DNA of 62,692 bases from Bifidobacterium breve. Its GTDB lineage: Bacteria > Actinomycetota > Actinomycetes > S36-B12. Position 1 is the stretch's first letter; every line of letters begins with the position of its first letter. This document shows, piece after piece, positions 28,546 through 38,908 of the stretch. Position numbers and translations under genes: made by a program. Where the stretch lies: NCBI GenBank assembly GCA_945900705.1, contig CAMDKJ010000001.1:1-62692 (forward strand), written 5' to 3'. The notes under the pieces were generated by a model. It was not told the DNA's origin. It did not search any database and saw only the letters and a program-made list of their open reading frames with translations.

Positions 28546-30291
28546 ATGGGCAAGGCTAATAAGGGCCTGCGCTTAGCGGCGGTAGGCGCAGTTGCTGCAC
28601 TTGCACTCGCCGCTTGCGGCGGGGGCAGTAGTTCGAGTGGATCAGGTGGTGGAGAGCCGACAAAGGGCGGCACCCTTTACTACCTGACAAATGCCGAGCA
28701 GTTCGATCAAATCGATCCGCAACGCATCTACACGGGTGAGGATCTGGCCTTCTTCAATGGCACGATTTACCGCACCCTGACCGCTTACAAGTTCTCAGCC
28801 GATCCCACAGAAGGCACATCGATAGTGGGTGATCTTGCAACTGACACCGGCACTGTGACCAATGGTGGTAAGACTTGGGCGTTCACCATTCGCGATGGCG
28901 CTACCTTCCAAGATGGCTCACCCGTTACTTGCGCTGACGTTGCCTACGGCACCTCACGTACGTTCGCAACCGATGTCATCACCGGCGGCCCGACTTATGC
29001 CATCTCAATGCTTGACATCCCAACCTTGGAAGATGGTTCATCGGCGTATAAGGGCCCTTACACCGGCGAAGGTCAGGAGCTATTCGATAAGGCGGTTACT
29101 TGCTCGGCCGATGGCAAAACCATCACGTTTAATCTCAGTCGCCCGGTCCCGGACTTCAACTACGCGGTGACCCTGACCGCCTTCGCGCCAGTGCCCAAGG
29201 CATCGGATACCGGTGAAAAGTACGGCGATGCGCCAGTTTCATCGGGCCCGTACAAGATCGAGTCGAATAAGAACGGTAAGGGCGGCAAGATGGTGCTGGT
29301 CCGCAACGATAAGTGGGATCCAGCCAGCGATGACTACCGCAAGGCTTACCCAGATACTTGGGAAGTTGACTACGGCCTTGATGTAAAGGTAATTGACCAA
29401 CGCCTAATCACCAGTTCCGGCAATGACGCCACGGCACTCGCCAATGGCGTTGAGCCAGAGCAACTGGGTGTTATTTACAAGAGCCCCACCGAGGTCAATC
29501 CGGAGTTCGCGGGCCGGGCGATCAGTGAACTCGATCCATATGTTCGCTACCTAGCGATCAACGTTCAAAAGGTGCCGAACCTTAAGATCCGCCAGGCAAT
29601 TGCGGTGGCCCTTGATCGTGACGCGCTGCGGAAGAACGCTGGTGGCGATTTCGCCGGTGACTACGCGGATGGCGTCATCAAGCCGAACATGGGTGTTGAC
29701 TACGCGCCATCTGGCATGTGGGAAACCTTACTCGGCGAGAAGATTGCAGACGGAGGTAATCCGGAGCTGGCGAAGAAGTTGATCGCTGCATCGGGTGAAG
29801 CTGCGCCGACGATCACCTTCGATTACCCGCAGTCTCCAACCGCTGATAAAGCGGCGGCAATTGTGGTGGACTCACTCGGCAAGGCGGGCATCACCGCCAA
29901 GCCGAACCCGATTGAGCCAGGTCAGTACTACGGCGTGGTCTTCGATCCGGAGAAGGCGCATGAATTGATCAACGCAGGTTGGGGCCCTGACTGGCCGAAC
30001 GCATCGACCATCATCCCTGAGCTGTTCACGCCAACGGGTGGGTTCAACCTTTCGCAGTACGACAACGCGGAGTTCAACGCCGCTGTCGAGGCCGCAAAGA
30101 TTGAGCCTGACCGCGCAAAGCAGGCCAAGATGTGGCAGGACCTCAACACCAAGGCCATGGCCGACGTCGTTGTGATCCCGACCCGCTTTGGTCGCGAGCA
30201 GCGTGTTGTTGGTAAGCAGATTGGCCCCGTGTACTTGTGGCCCGCCTATGGCTCCTGGCCGTATGGCGAGATGTACGCGGTACAGCAGTAG
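28546..30291 (+). CDS. Peptide ABC transporter substrate-binding lipoprotein (family 5)
   Basis: The ATG at 28546 has a GGGAGG upstream. The lipobox is ALALAAC, followed by a Gly/Ser linker. Length is about 580 aa, typical of OppA/DppA. Confidence 0.9.
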   Translation: MGKANKGLRLAAVGAVAALALAACGGGSSSSGSGGGEPTKGGTLYYLTNAEQFDQIDPQRIYTGEDLAFFNGTIYRTLTAYKFSADPTEGTSIVGDLATDTGTVTNGGKTWAFTIRDGATFQDGSPVTCADVAYGTSRTFATDVITGGPTYAISMLDIPTLEDGSSAYKGPYTGEGQELFDKAVTCSADGKTITFNLSRPVPDFNYAVTLTAFAPVPKASDTGEKYGDAPVSSGPYKIESNKNGKGGKMVLVRNDKWDPASDDYRKAYPDTWEVDYGLDVKVIDQRLITSSGNDATALANGVEPEQLGVIYKSPTEVNPEFAGRAISELDPYVRYLAINVQKVPNLKIRQAIAVALDRDALRKNAGGDFAGDYADGVIKPNMGVDYAPSGMWETLLGEKIADGGNPELAKKLIAASGEAAPTITFDYPQSPTADKAAAIVVDSLGKAGITAKPNPIEPGQYYGVVFDPEKAHELINAGWGPDWPNASTIIPELFTPTGGFNLSQYDNAEFNAAVEAAKIEPDRAKQAKMWQDLNTKAMADVVVIPTRFGREQRVVGKQIGPVYLWPAYGSWPYGEMYAVQQ

Positions 30292-30295
30292 TTAA

Positions 30296-30330
30296 ATTGG
30301 AGGGCGGGTGCTCAGCACCCGCCCTCCAAT
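30296..30330 (+). terminator. Perfect 16-bp stem / 3-nt loop hairpin after the SBP gene
   Basis: attggagggcgggtgc-tca-gcacccgccctccaat. It starts 5 nt after the stop. A T6 run lies 15 nt downstream. Confidence 0.55.
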
Positions 30331-30395
30331 ACTGTCCTTGTTAATTTTTTCGTCTCTCGCGTAAGCAGCCACCGAACCGATAGGAATTCAAGTTA

Positions 30396-31388
30396 ATGAG
30401 TGCGTATGTAGTACGACGAGTGATCAGCATGATCATTTTGTTGCTGCTGCTCACCCTCGTAGTTTTCATACTTTTCAGCTTGCTCCCTACCGACCCAGCT
30501 CGCCTAACCTGCGGCAAAGGCTGCACCCCAGAAGTTCTGATAGCCAATAGGCACCGGCTCGGGCTCGATTTGCCGGTCGTACAGCAGTATTGGGAATTCA
30601 TGAAGGGCCTATTCGTCGGTCGGATTTACGCTGTAGATTCACCGAGCCCGGTGGTTTGTAACGCCCCGTGCCTGGGCTACTCCTTCAAGCGGGGTGAGGA
30701 AGTCCTCGTTCTAATCAAAGATCGTTTGCCGGCAACAATTTGGTTGGCTCTCGGGGCCTTCATTTTGTGGTTGGCGGCAGGTATTTCGTTTGGAATTTAC
30801 GCTGCGCTGCGCCGTGGTAGGTGGCAGGACAAAACCGTTATGGGTATTTCGCTGGCGGGGTATTCGCTGCCGTCATTCTTCTTGGGATTGATGGCTATAT
30901 TTTTCATCATAATTCGGCTCCAACTATTGCCCTATCCGTCTTATGTGTCACCTTTTGAAAATCCAATACAGTTTTTTCAGACGATGCTGTTGCCGTGGAT
31001 TGTGCTCGCCATTCTTTATGCAGCTTTCTACATGCGATTAACTCGAAATCAAATGCTAGAAGTGTTAGGTGAGGATTACATTCGCACCGCGCGGGCCAAG
31101 GGCCTGCCTGAGCGTATTGTCATTAGAAAGCATGCCTTGCGCGCCGGACTAACGCCAATTGTCACCGCGGCGGGCCTTGATCTGGCTGGCTTGCTTGGTG
31201 GTGCGATCATCACCGAAAGTATTTTCAGTTTGCCGGGCCTTGGGTCACTCGCGGTCAACTCGGTCAATGATGCTGATTTGCCGGTGATTGTTGGCATCAC
31301 CTTGGTTACGGCAACCTTCATTATTGTCGCCAATCTCATCGTTGATTTACTTTATGCGGTAATCGACCCTAGGGTCAGGTTGGTGTGA
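30396..31388 (+). CDS. Oligopeptide ABC transporter permease (OppB/DppB-like)
   Basis: MSAYVVRRVISMIILLL is the OppB-type start. The EAA loop is DYIRTARAKGLPERIVIRKHALR. Confidence 0.85.
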   Translation: MSAYVVRRVISMIILLLLLTLVVFILFSLLPTDPARLTCGKGCTPEVLIANRHRLGLDLPVVQQYWEFMKGLFVGRIYAVDSPSPVVCNAPCLGYSFKRGEEVLVLIKDRLPATIWLALGAFILWLAAGISFGIYAALRRGRWQDKTVMGISLAGYSLPSFFLGLMAIFFIIIRLQLLPYPSYVSPFENPIQFFQTMLLPWIVLAILYAAFYMRLTRNQMLEVLGEDYIRTARAKGLPERIVIRKHALRAGLTPIVTAAGLDLAGLLGGAIITESIFSLPGLGSLAVNSVNDADLPVIVGITLVTATFIIVANLIVDLLYAVIDPRVRLV

Positions 31389-32443
31389 TGGCCGATACCG
31401 CGAATTCGCAGCGACCCTTCTTAGAGGTCTCGAATCTTTCGGTGCAGTTCCCGACCGAGGACGGCATTGTGCGAGCCGTTGATGGCGTCAGTTTCACGAT
31501 TGAACGCGGTAAAACACTGGCCATCGTGGGGGAGTCTGGTTCAGGCAAAAGTGTTACGGCGCAAGCGGTAATGGGCCTTATCAACAAACGTAATGCCGAT
31601 GTCAGTGGCGAAGTGATTTTTGACGGTGAAGACCTCGTCGCGATGTCAGATGAAGGGTTGCGCAAGTTGCGCGGCAACAAGATGGCGATGATTTTCCAAG
31701 ACCCAATGTCTAGCCTTCATCCGTTTTATCGAATTGGCGATCAATTGACCGAAGCGGTCAACGCCCATGAAAAGGTATCGAAGGCGAGTGCACGTGATCG
31801 CGCCATTGAGATGCTGCATAAGGTTGGCATCCCAGCTCCGGCTAAGCGCTTTGACGACTACCCCCATCAGTTTTCGGGCGGGATGCGCCAGCGGGTGATG
31901 ATAGCCATGGCGTTAATCAACTCTCCAGCGCTGCTTATCGCCGACGAACCAACAACTGCGCTGGATGTCACGGTGCAGGCGCAGATAATCGAGCTGATTT
32001 CCCAGCTGCAGCGTGAGTTCGACACCGCGGTCATTCTCATCACTCACGATCTGGGAATCGTCGCCGATGTGGCTGACGAAGTAGCTGTGATGTATGGGGC
32101 ACGCGTAGTCGAGTCTGGAAATGTCGACGATATTTTCTATCACCCGCAGATGCCATATACGCTCGGACTGCTGGCCTCGATACCACGTTTGAATCAGGTG
32201 CATAGTGATCGCCTTGACCCGATCCCTGGCAACCCGCCATCGCCCCTTCGATTACCCGCCGGGTGCGTTTTTAATCCACGGTGTGTGTACCAGGATCGGG
32301 TAACCGGCGAGTTGTGCCAAACCCAGCGGCCGATACTTGAAGATGTTGGGGCTGGGCACCAAGTGCGGTGCCATCTGCCAGCAACCGAACGGCAGGCGGT
32401 GGCCGAAGTGGTCCTTAGTGCGCTTGGGAGGTCAGGTGCATGA
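31385..32443 (+). CDS. Oligopeptide ABC transporter ATP-binding protein (OppD-like)
   Basis: GESGSGKS, FSGGMRQR, LIADEPTTALD and the C-terminal oligopeptide domain (NPPSPLRLPAGCVFNPRC). Confidence 0.9.
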   Translation: MMADTANSQRPFLEVSNLSVQFPTEDGIVRAVDGVSFTIERGKTLAIVGESGSGKSVTAQAVMGLINKRNADVSGEVIFDGEDLVAMSDEGLRKLRGNKMAMIFQDPMSSLHPFYRIGDQLTEAVNAHEKVSKASARDRAIEMLHKVGIPAPAKRFDDYPHQFSGGMRQRVMIAMALINSPALLIADEPTTALDVTVQAQIIELISQLQREFDTAVILITHDLGIVADVADEVAVMYGARVVESGNVDDIFYHPQMPYTLGLLASIPRLNQVHSDRLDPIPGNPPSPLRLPAGCVFNPRCVYQDRVTGELCQTQRPILEDVGAGHQVRCHLPATERQAVAEVVLSALGRSGA

Positions 32444-33612
32444 GTGAGCTAACTGAGCCGGCCCTGTCTGGGGAGCCAGCTTTGCGGGTAACCGATTTGC
32501 GAACCTACTTCCCGGTGCGCTCCAAAGGCCTATTTCCCAAGACAGTCGGCCAGGTGAAGGCGGTTGACGGGGTTAGTTTCTCGGTTAACCCCGGCCAGAC
32601 TTTGGGTTTGGTTGGCGAGAGCGGGTGCGGTAAATCTACGACCGGGCGCAGTGTCTTGCGTTTGGTCGAACCTACAAATGGGCGCATTGAGTTTGATGGC
32701 GTCGATGTTACGGAAATGTCTAGCAAAGAAATGGTGCCAATTCGCCGTAAGGCTGCGATGATTTTTCAAGATCCTTACAACGCACTGAATCCACGGCAGA
32801 CAGTTGGTGCCATCATTGGGGCACCATTCGCGGTACAGGGCGTCAAGCCGCCCGGTGGAGTTCGAAAAGCCGTCCAAGAATTGATGGAGCGAGTCGGGCT
32901 GAACCCTGAGCATTACAACAGGTATCCGGCAGAATTTTCCGGCGGCCAGCGGCAGCGCATTGGTATTGCTCGAGCAGTAGCGCTGAAGCCTAAGTTCATC
33001 GTTTGCGATGAGCCAGTATCCGCCCTCGATGTATCGATTCAAGCACAGGTAATCAACTTGCTTCGAGACTTACAAGAAGAATTTGGACTCGCCTACCTAT
33101 TTATTGCTCACGATTTAGCGGTGGTTCGCCAAATCGCACATCAGGTTGCCGTTATGTATTTAGGGCAAGTCATGGAACTAGCAACACGTGAAGAGCTTTA
33201 CTCGAGGCCACTGCACCCGTACACCCACGCCCTGCTTTCAGCTATTCCGATCCCAGACCCACGCGCCCAAAAGCAGCGTGAGCACATCATGTTGTCGGGT
33301 GACTTACCAAGTCCGGCAGCACCGCCCTCCGGATGTGTATTTCACACCCGTTGTTTTCAGGCCCAAGATATTTGCGGGTTAGAAAAGCCCGAACTTACAG
33401 AGTTTGAGCCGGGCCATAAAGTGGCGTGCCATTTCCCGATCGTGGAGTTCTTGGGCACCGCACCGATTACGGGGCCAGACCCGGGTCTAACGAAACAAAC
33501 TGGCGAGGCAGGTGAAGATCACGGGTCGAATGATTTGATCCGCGAAATCGGCACCGACTACGGGGCGGCCCCAAATACCCCGATTGATCCGGGTCCAGCC
33601 ATTTGGAGATGA
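32440..33612 (+). CDS. Oligopeptide ABC transporter ATP-binding protein (OppF-like) with a low-complexity C-terminal tail
   Basis: GESGCGKST, FSGGQRQR, FIVCDEPVSALD and PSGCVFHTRC. An ATGA overlap links it to oppD. The last roughly 55 aa are Gly/Pro-rich. Confidence 0.9.
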   Translation: MSELTEPALSGEPALRVTDLRTYFPVRSKGLFPKTVGQVKAVDGVSFSVNPGQTLGLVGESGCGKSTTGRSVLRLVEPTNGRIEFDGVDVTEMSSKEMVPIRRKAAMIFQDPYNALNPRQTVGAIIGAPFAVQGVKPPGGVRKAVQELMERVGLNPEHYNRYPAEFSGGQRQRIGIARAVALKPKFIVCDEPVSALDVSIQAQVINLLRDLQEEFGLAYLFIAHDLAVVRQIAHQVAVMYLGQVMELATREELYSRPLHPYTHALLSAIPIPDPRAQKQREHIMLSGDLPSPAAPPSGCVFHTRCFQAQDICGLEKPELTEFEPGHKVACHFPIVEFLGTAPITGPDPGLTKQTGEAGEDHGSNDLIREIGTDYGAAPNTPIDPGPAIWR

Positions 33613-35705
33613 GTTCGGAAGAAGTCGACTTCGGCATTCAGTAAATTCTCGGCTACGACCTCCTGGGGTGTCATGTGGGTGACACCACTTAATGGCAGCA
33701 CCGAATGTATTTTGCCGGCGGCAAGTAGCGCACTGGAAAACTGCAAGGTATGCGCGGCGAGCACATTGTCATCCGCCAAGCCATGGATTAGCAGGAGTGG
33801 CCGTTGCAGTTTTTCGGCCCGCGTTAATAATGATGATTGGTCATAAACCTCAGGTGATTTATTCGGATCCCCAAGGTAGCGCTCGGTGTAGGCGGTGTCA
33901 TAAAGCCGCCATTCGGTCACCGGTGCCCCGGCAACGGCACAGTGGAAAATATCTGGGCGTTCTAGTACGGCAAGGGCGGCCAAGTAACCACCAAATGACC
34001 AGCCAACGATGCCGACCCGGTCAAGATCAAGGTCGGGTAATAGCACGCCGAGCGCCTCTAGCGCCGTGACTTGATCACCCAAGATGCCAATCGCCAGATC
34101 ATTCTTGATCAAGCGCTCCCAGGCCGGCCCGCGCCCTGGCGTGCCGCGTCCGTCGACGACGACAACGGCGAAACCTTGGTCAGCGAGCCATTGATCGGAT
34201 GCGTGACCGCCCGCGATATGGGTGACCATTTGGGCATGTGGGCCGCCATAGGGCGACATGATGACCGGGACTTTCTTAGAGCCCGGCACGTGACCGGTGG
34301 GCCAAAAAACGCAGGTGCGTAAATGTGTTGCGCCAACCGAGCTGAAGTTCGTTTTAATGGTGACGTTCGGGGTTTCTGCATGCGAAGTAATTGCGTGCAC
34401 GCCCGAAGGGTGCACGACATTGAAGTCGACGCGCGGTGAAATTGAGTTAGCAGTTGCCAGTATAAAGGTGGAACCGTCGGCTACGGCGTTAGTCCAGCTT
34501 TCACCCGAGGTAAGGGCGGTCGCGGTGCCGTCATTACTGATTTGGTACAGATGTTGTTCCATCGGATCAGGTGAGGCAAGTACAAGTAACCCTTCGGCGG
34601 AAGAGTCGACAACTCCATTCACCTGCAACCCGGCCGGAGAGATGAAAACCCCGTCACGGGTGATGCGGTTCGTATCAGTCGTTGCATCAGAAATAATTTC
34701 AATAAGTGCTCCATCAGTGGCAAGACAGGGCAGTTCGCCATGGACATCAATCCACGCTGGGTCAGTGCGTACCGCTATTTCAACTAGTTGGCCATTTGCG
34801 ATGTCAATTCGATTGATGCTGGCGGTTCTTTGATTACGCGTCAGTACACTCATAACGGTGCCAGCGTCGGTGACGTTAACCGTTGCTAAATATGGGTATT
34901 TGGCCAAGTCCCAGATTAATTGTTTATGCGCTCCAGCCAGGGGGATCAGCCAGAGTTCGACGGTGGGATTAGGTTCGCCGGCGGCGGGATAGCGGTGGGC
35001 AACCGGCTCATTAGCTGGTTGGGCGGGGTCACTTATCCAGCGGATCCCAACGGGTGCATTGTCTGCGCGTTCAACAATTAGCCCGGAGCCATCAGCGAGC
35101 CACCAGAACCCGCGGAGACGATCAAGTTCTTCGGCTGCAATGAAATCAGCCAAGCCCCAAGTTTCAGTGTCACCTGTGGATTGGCAAAGTAGTTGCGGTT
35201 GCGCGTCCAGCTTGTGGGAATCTATTACCCAAAGTGAGCCGTCAATCACGAAGGCAACATGCCGGCCATCCGGGCTTACTCGGGGATCAATGACAGCGCC
35301 CGGGGTGGTCAACTCCCTGGTGTGAACGGTGCTGCCGAGCACAGTCACATAGGCAATACCCGAGATCGCAAAAGCAATTACCGTTCCGGATTTATCAGTG
35401 GTGAAGTGAGTCATACCTGAAGTGACTTCGCGCATGCGCTCGCGTCGTGCCAGCTCGGCAGCGGGGAGTTCGCCGGTCGTCAGTAAAGCGGCGGCATCAA
35501 CCAAGCACTGCTCGACGGGTGGGTGAACCCCCAGATCAAGTTGCCAAAGACTGCCGGCCGGATCAAGCCCGCTACTACTGCGGATGAAAAGCACGCGCTC
35601 ACCAACGACTTTCAAGCCGCGGGGTCTGCCAAGCTGAAACCCTCGGGTGCGCGCCTTTTGCCTTGGGAAGGATTCTGATGAAGTCACCTGCGCATCGTGC
35701 CGCAT
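33558..35705 (-). CDS. S9-family serine peptidase (dipeptidyl aminopeptidase / prolyl oligopeptidase-like)
   Basis: A beta-propeller N-terminal half, then an alpha/beta hydrolase half with the nucleophile GWSFGGY, and later D..V and H (GVTHM). Confidence 0.85.
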   Translation of the reverse strand: MRHDAQVTSSESFPRQKARTRGFQLGRPRGLKVVGERVLFIRSSSGLDPAGSLWQLDLGVHPPVEQCLVDAAALLTTGELPAAELARRERMREVTSGMTHFTTDKSGTVIAFAISGIAYVTVLGSTVHTRELTTPGAVIDPRVSPDGRHVAFVIDGSLWVIDSHKLDAQPQLLCQSTGDTETWGLADFIAAEELDRLRGFWWLADGSGLIVERADNAPVGIRWISDPAQPANEPVAHRYPAAGEPNPTVELWLIPLAGAHKQLIWDLAKYPYLATVNVTDAGTVMSVLTRNQRTASINRIDIANGQLVEIAVRTDPAWIDVHGELPCLATDGALIEIISDATTDTNRITRDGVFISPAGLQVNGVVDSSAEGLLVLASPDPMEQHLYQISNDGTATALTSGESWTNAVADGSTFILATANSISPRVDFNVVHPSGVHAITSHAETPNVTIKTNFSSVGATHLRTCVFWPTGHVPGSKKVPVIMSPYGGPHAQMVTHIAGGHASDQWLADQGFAVVVVDGRGTPGRGPAWERLIKNDLAIGILGDQVTALEALGVLLPDLDLDRVGIVGWSFGGYLAALAVLERPDIFHCAVAGAPVTEWRLYDTAYTERYLGDPNKSPEVYDQSSLLTRAEKLQRPLLLIHGLADDNVLAAHTLQFSSALLAAGKIHSVLPLSGVTHMTPQEVVAENLLNAEVDFFRTHLQMAGPGSIGVFGAAP

Positions 35706-35731
35706 CGGGTATGGGCCACTAATCTTCGGGC

Positions 35732-36613
35732 ATGAGTAGACGCTTAATGCTGGTCCACGCCCATCCAGATGACGAGACCATCGGCACCGGGGTGACCATG
35801 GCCAAATACGTGGCAGCGGGTGCCGAAGTCACCTTGGTTACCTGCACTTTGGGTGAGGAGGGTGAGATCTTGTTGGAGGAGTTCGCCCATTTGGCGGCCG
35901 ACCAGGACGACTTATTAGGGGCTCATCGGCAAACTGAGCTAGGTGCCGCGATGGCTGAACTTGGAGTAACTGATTGGCGGCTCCTTGGGGGCCCCGGGCG
36001 CTTTCGTGATTCGGGCATGGTGGGCACCGCGAGCAATGACAACCCCGACTGCTTTTGGCGCACCGACTTATTGGTCTCGGCAACAGAGTTGGTGCGCGTA
36101 ATCCGCGAGGTGCGGCCACAAGTAGTTGTTACCTATGACGACTTTGGTGGCTACGGCCACCCAGATCACATCCAGGCGCACCGCGTGACGCATTACGCGG
36201 TCATGCTGGCCGCCAGTTCGACTTTTGATCCAGAGCTTGGGGCGCCTTGGCAGGTGACAAAGGTTTATTGGACGGCGTTCCCTAAAAGTGTTATCCGGGC
36301 CGGTATTGAGGCGATGCGGGCGCCCGGTTCTGAACACGGTGATTCGGAGTTTGCGGCTATGGATCCAGATGACATCCCTTTCGCCTGTGATGACGATTTA
36401 GTCACCACGATGATTGTCGCCCCAGAGTTCTTGCCGGCCAAGATGGCGGCACTGCGCGCCCATGGCACGCAGGTTGATGTAAGTGGGGGTTTCTTCGCCC
36501 TCGCTGACAATGTCGGCGCCGAAGCTTTCGGCACTGAGTATTACAGGCTGGCAATGGGCCCGACGCCGTCCGCCCAGCCCGAAACCGACCTATTTGCGGG
36601 TATCACTACGTGA
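35732..36613 (+). CDS. mshB: LmbE-family deacetylase, probably mycothiol biosynthesis MshB
   Basis: LMLVHAHPDDETIGTG and HPDH motifs. It is followed by the small membrane protein that normally trails mshB, and fdxA-dapC lie nearby. Confidence 0.8.
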   Translation: MSRRLMLVHAHPDDETIGTGVTMAKYVAAGAEVTLVTCTLGEEGEILLEEFAHLAADQDDLLGAHRQTELGAAMAELGVTDWRLLGGPGRFRDSGMVGTASNDNPDCFWRTDLLVSATELVRVIREVRPQVVVTYDDFGGYGHPDHIQAHRVTHYAVMLAASSTFDPELGAPWQVTKVYWTAFPKSVIRAGIEAMRAPGSEHGDSEFAAMDPDDIPFACDDDLVTTMIVAPEFLPAKMAALRAHGTQVDVSGGFFALADNVGAEAFGTEYYRLAMGPTPSAQPETDLFAGITT

Positions 36614-36990
36614 CCCGGGCGCTCCTGCTCGTTGCTCTGCTCATGCTCGGGTTGGCTACTGGCCTGCTCGGAGCGTACGAGCAGGTCGGTAGGTGGGTCA
36701 CGGCCTGGCCGTGGGGCCAAATAGTAATTCCGTGGGGAATGGCCTTAATGCTGCTTCTATTGGTCCTTTTCATTAGGGGTGGCGCTTGGCTGGTGCGAAC
36801 CCGGATCGGAGGCTGGGTGGTGCTAGCAGGATGGCTTGCGGGCACCATCTACCTGACAACCGAATCACCATCAGGTGACTTGGTGCTCGCAGGTGGAACT
36901 CGCCAGTGGGTCTACGTACTGGCAGGGGTAGTTCTCGGCTCGGTGGCGGCAACTTTTCCAGTAACCGAATCGCAATCGCGCTTGCGTTGA
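36610..36990 (+). CDS. Small 4-TM membrane protein (DUF6113-like, mshB-associated)
   Basis: 126 aa and hydrophobic. The start overlaps the mshB stop. Confidence 0.6.
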   Translation: MTRALLLVALLMLGLATGLLGAYEQVGRWVTAWPWGQIVIPWGMALMLLLLVLFIRGGAWLVRTRIGGWVVLAGWLAGTIYLTTESPSGDLVLAGGTRQWVYVLAGVVLGSVAATFPVTESQSRLR

Positions 36991-37067
36991 TTTTCAAGGA
37001 ATGTCGCTTACCATCAAGGTCACGTCTACTATGCAGTTCAAACTTGGGTCGGTAAGGGGTTGCCCGC

Positions 37068-38882
37068 GTGGCTGAGCATGAGCGTCAGGCTTCAGCCTGG
37101 CAGGCCTCGCGTCGGGCCTTATTCATCATCATGGGCACTGTGGTTGCCGTAGCCGCCCTTTATCTGGGCGCCATCGTGCTCGCCGGCGATGGATTTCGCT
37201 CCGGCACCATGGTCTCAGGCGTTGATATCAGCGGTCTAAGCAATCCCGAAGCAATAGAGAAACTCAATTCAACAATCGGTGCGGTGGCCCGCAAGCCACT
37301 AAGAGTGCGCACTGTTGACCACCTTTTCGTCATTGACCCGCAGGCCGCGGGGCTGAAATTTGATGCTGAGGCGACAATCGCTCAGGCCACAGGTCGCACC
37401 TGGAACCCGATCACACTCATCAGCGATTTTATGACCCAACGCGAGCTCGAGCCGATCACCTCAATTGACCAAAGTGCCTTGGATGACCAACTTGCTGGGG
37501 TCGCAACCGCAATTGATCAACCCGCGGTCGAGCCCACCTTGATAATGATTCAACGCAAGCCGGTACTGAATCCGGGTGTCGATGGTTTGGCACTTGATCA
37601 AACCGCGACCGGCGACGCGATGAAAGTCGCTTTCATGCAAAAGCGCGAGCCGATTACCGCGGTGTTGGCAGATGTACCCCCGGCGGTGTCGGAGGCCGTG
37701 GCTCTGCAAGCAAAGGCCCTAGCGCGCACCGCGATAGCTAATCCAGTCAACGTTACGGCGGGTGTCATAACCGCGACCATTGATTCGGTCGACATTGCTG
37801 ATGCCTTAACTTTCACCCAAGAAGGTGGCCAACTGGTGCCGATTCTTGACGGCGCGATTTTACATGAATCAATTGCCGGCGATCTCGAGGCCGTCGAGAC
37901 CCCGGGCCGTGACGCCACCTTCGAAATCGTTCGAAGGCAGCCGGTAGTGGTGCCATCACAGGTCGGTGCCGGTATCTCGGACGATGAGTTAGCACTGCAG
38001 GTAGCCACGGTAATTGGTAATCAACCACCGGACCGATCCGTTACCGTATCGATGGGCACCAGGGATCCAATGCTGACAACCGAGCAAGCGCAGCAGCTTG
38101 GTATCACCCAGAAGATCTCAAGCTTTACACAGCAGTTTCCTTATGCTGCTTATCGGGTACAAAATATTGGTGAAGCAGCTCGGCGCATCAATGGAACTTT
38201 ACTGATGCCGGGTGAAACTTTTTCGATGAATGACACCATCAAGGAGCGAACTGTCGCAAATGGCTACACCGTTGGTTTCGTAATCGGCGCAGGCGGAGTT
38301 TTCGCCGAAGAACTTGGTGGCGGTGTGTCGGCGGCGACAACAACAATGTGGACCGCGGCGTTTTTCGCGGGCATGGAACGCACATTCACTCAAGCTCACT
38401 CAATCTATATCTCCAGATATCAAACTGGCCTCGAGGCCACCGTTGCCTGGGGGAGTTTCGATATGAAGTTCACCAACGACACCCCGAATGCAGTTTTCAT
38501 CACCACGAAGATGACTAACACCTCAATGAATGCGACTTTTTGGGGTACCCCAACGTACGACGAAGTCAAGGCAGAGTTTGGCCCAAAGTATGATATACGC
38601 CCGTATCCGACCATCTACGACAAGACCAAGAAGTGTCTTGGGCAAGGCGGCATGGAAGGTTTCATCATCGATGTTGACCGGGTTTTCTACAAGGATGGCG
38701 CGGAGGTCAATCGCGAGACCATCACGACAAGCTACCGCGCTTCCCCGAAAGTCATCTGCGGCAAGGACCCTGACAAGGATCCAGGCAAGCCGATAAATCC
38801 TGGTAAGCCAGGTGCCACTCCGAGTGTGTCACCTTCACCGGCACCCTCGGGCGATCAGGCTGCGCCGGCGCCCGAAAGTTAG
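37068..38882 (+). CDS. VanW-domain protein with N-terminal TM anchor and Pro-rich C-terminus
   Basis: The VanW core reads LLMPGETFSMNDTIKERTVANGYTVGFVI. The tail reads KDPDKDPGKPINPGKPGATPSVSPSPAPS. Confidence 0.75.
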   Translation: MAEHERQASAWQASRRALFIIMGTVVAVAALYLGAIVLAGDGFRSGTMVSGVDISGLSNPEAIEKLNSTIGAVARKPLRVRTVDHLFVIDPQAAGLKFDAEATIAQATGRTWNPITLISDFMTQRELEPITSIDQSALDDQLAGVATAIDQPAVEPTLIMIQRKPVLNPGVDGLALDQTATGDAMKVAFMQKREPITAVLADVPPAVSEAVALQAKALARTAIANPVNVTAGVITATIDSVDIADALTFTQEGGQLVPILDGAILHESIAGDLEAVETPGRDATFEIVRRQPVVVPSQVGAGISDDELALQVATVIGNQPPDRSVTVSMGTRDPMLTTEQAQQLGITQKISSFTQQFPYAAYRVQNIGEAARRINGTLLMPGETFSMNDTIKERTVANGYTVGFVIGAGGVFAEELGGGVSAATTTMWTAAFFAGMERTFTQAHSIYISRYQTGLEATVAWGSFDMKFTNDTPNAVFITTKMTNTSMNATFWGTPTYDEVKAEFGPKYDIRPYPTIYDKTKKCLGQGGMEGFIIDVDRVFYKDGAEVNRETITTSYRASPKVICGKDPDKDPGKPINPGKPGATPSVSPSPAPSGDQAAPAPES

Positions 38883-38908
38883 CTGAGCCGTTAGGTGGCA
38901 CGGCGCCA

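Noticed and set aside
33558-33612. 55-bp convergent overlap of oppF and the S9 peptidase as a functional antisense element
   Set aside because: Both tails are low-complexity run-on sequence until the first stop. This is common in GC-rich genomes and there is no evidence of function.
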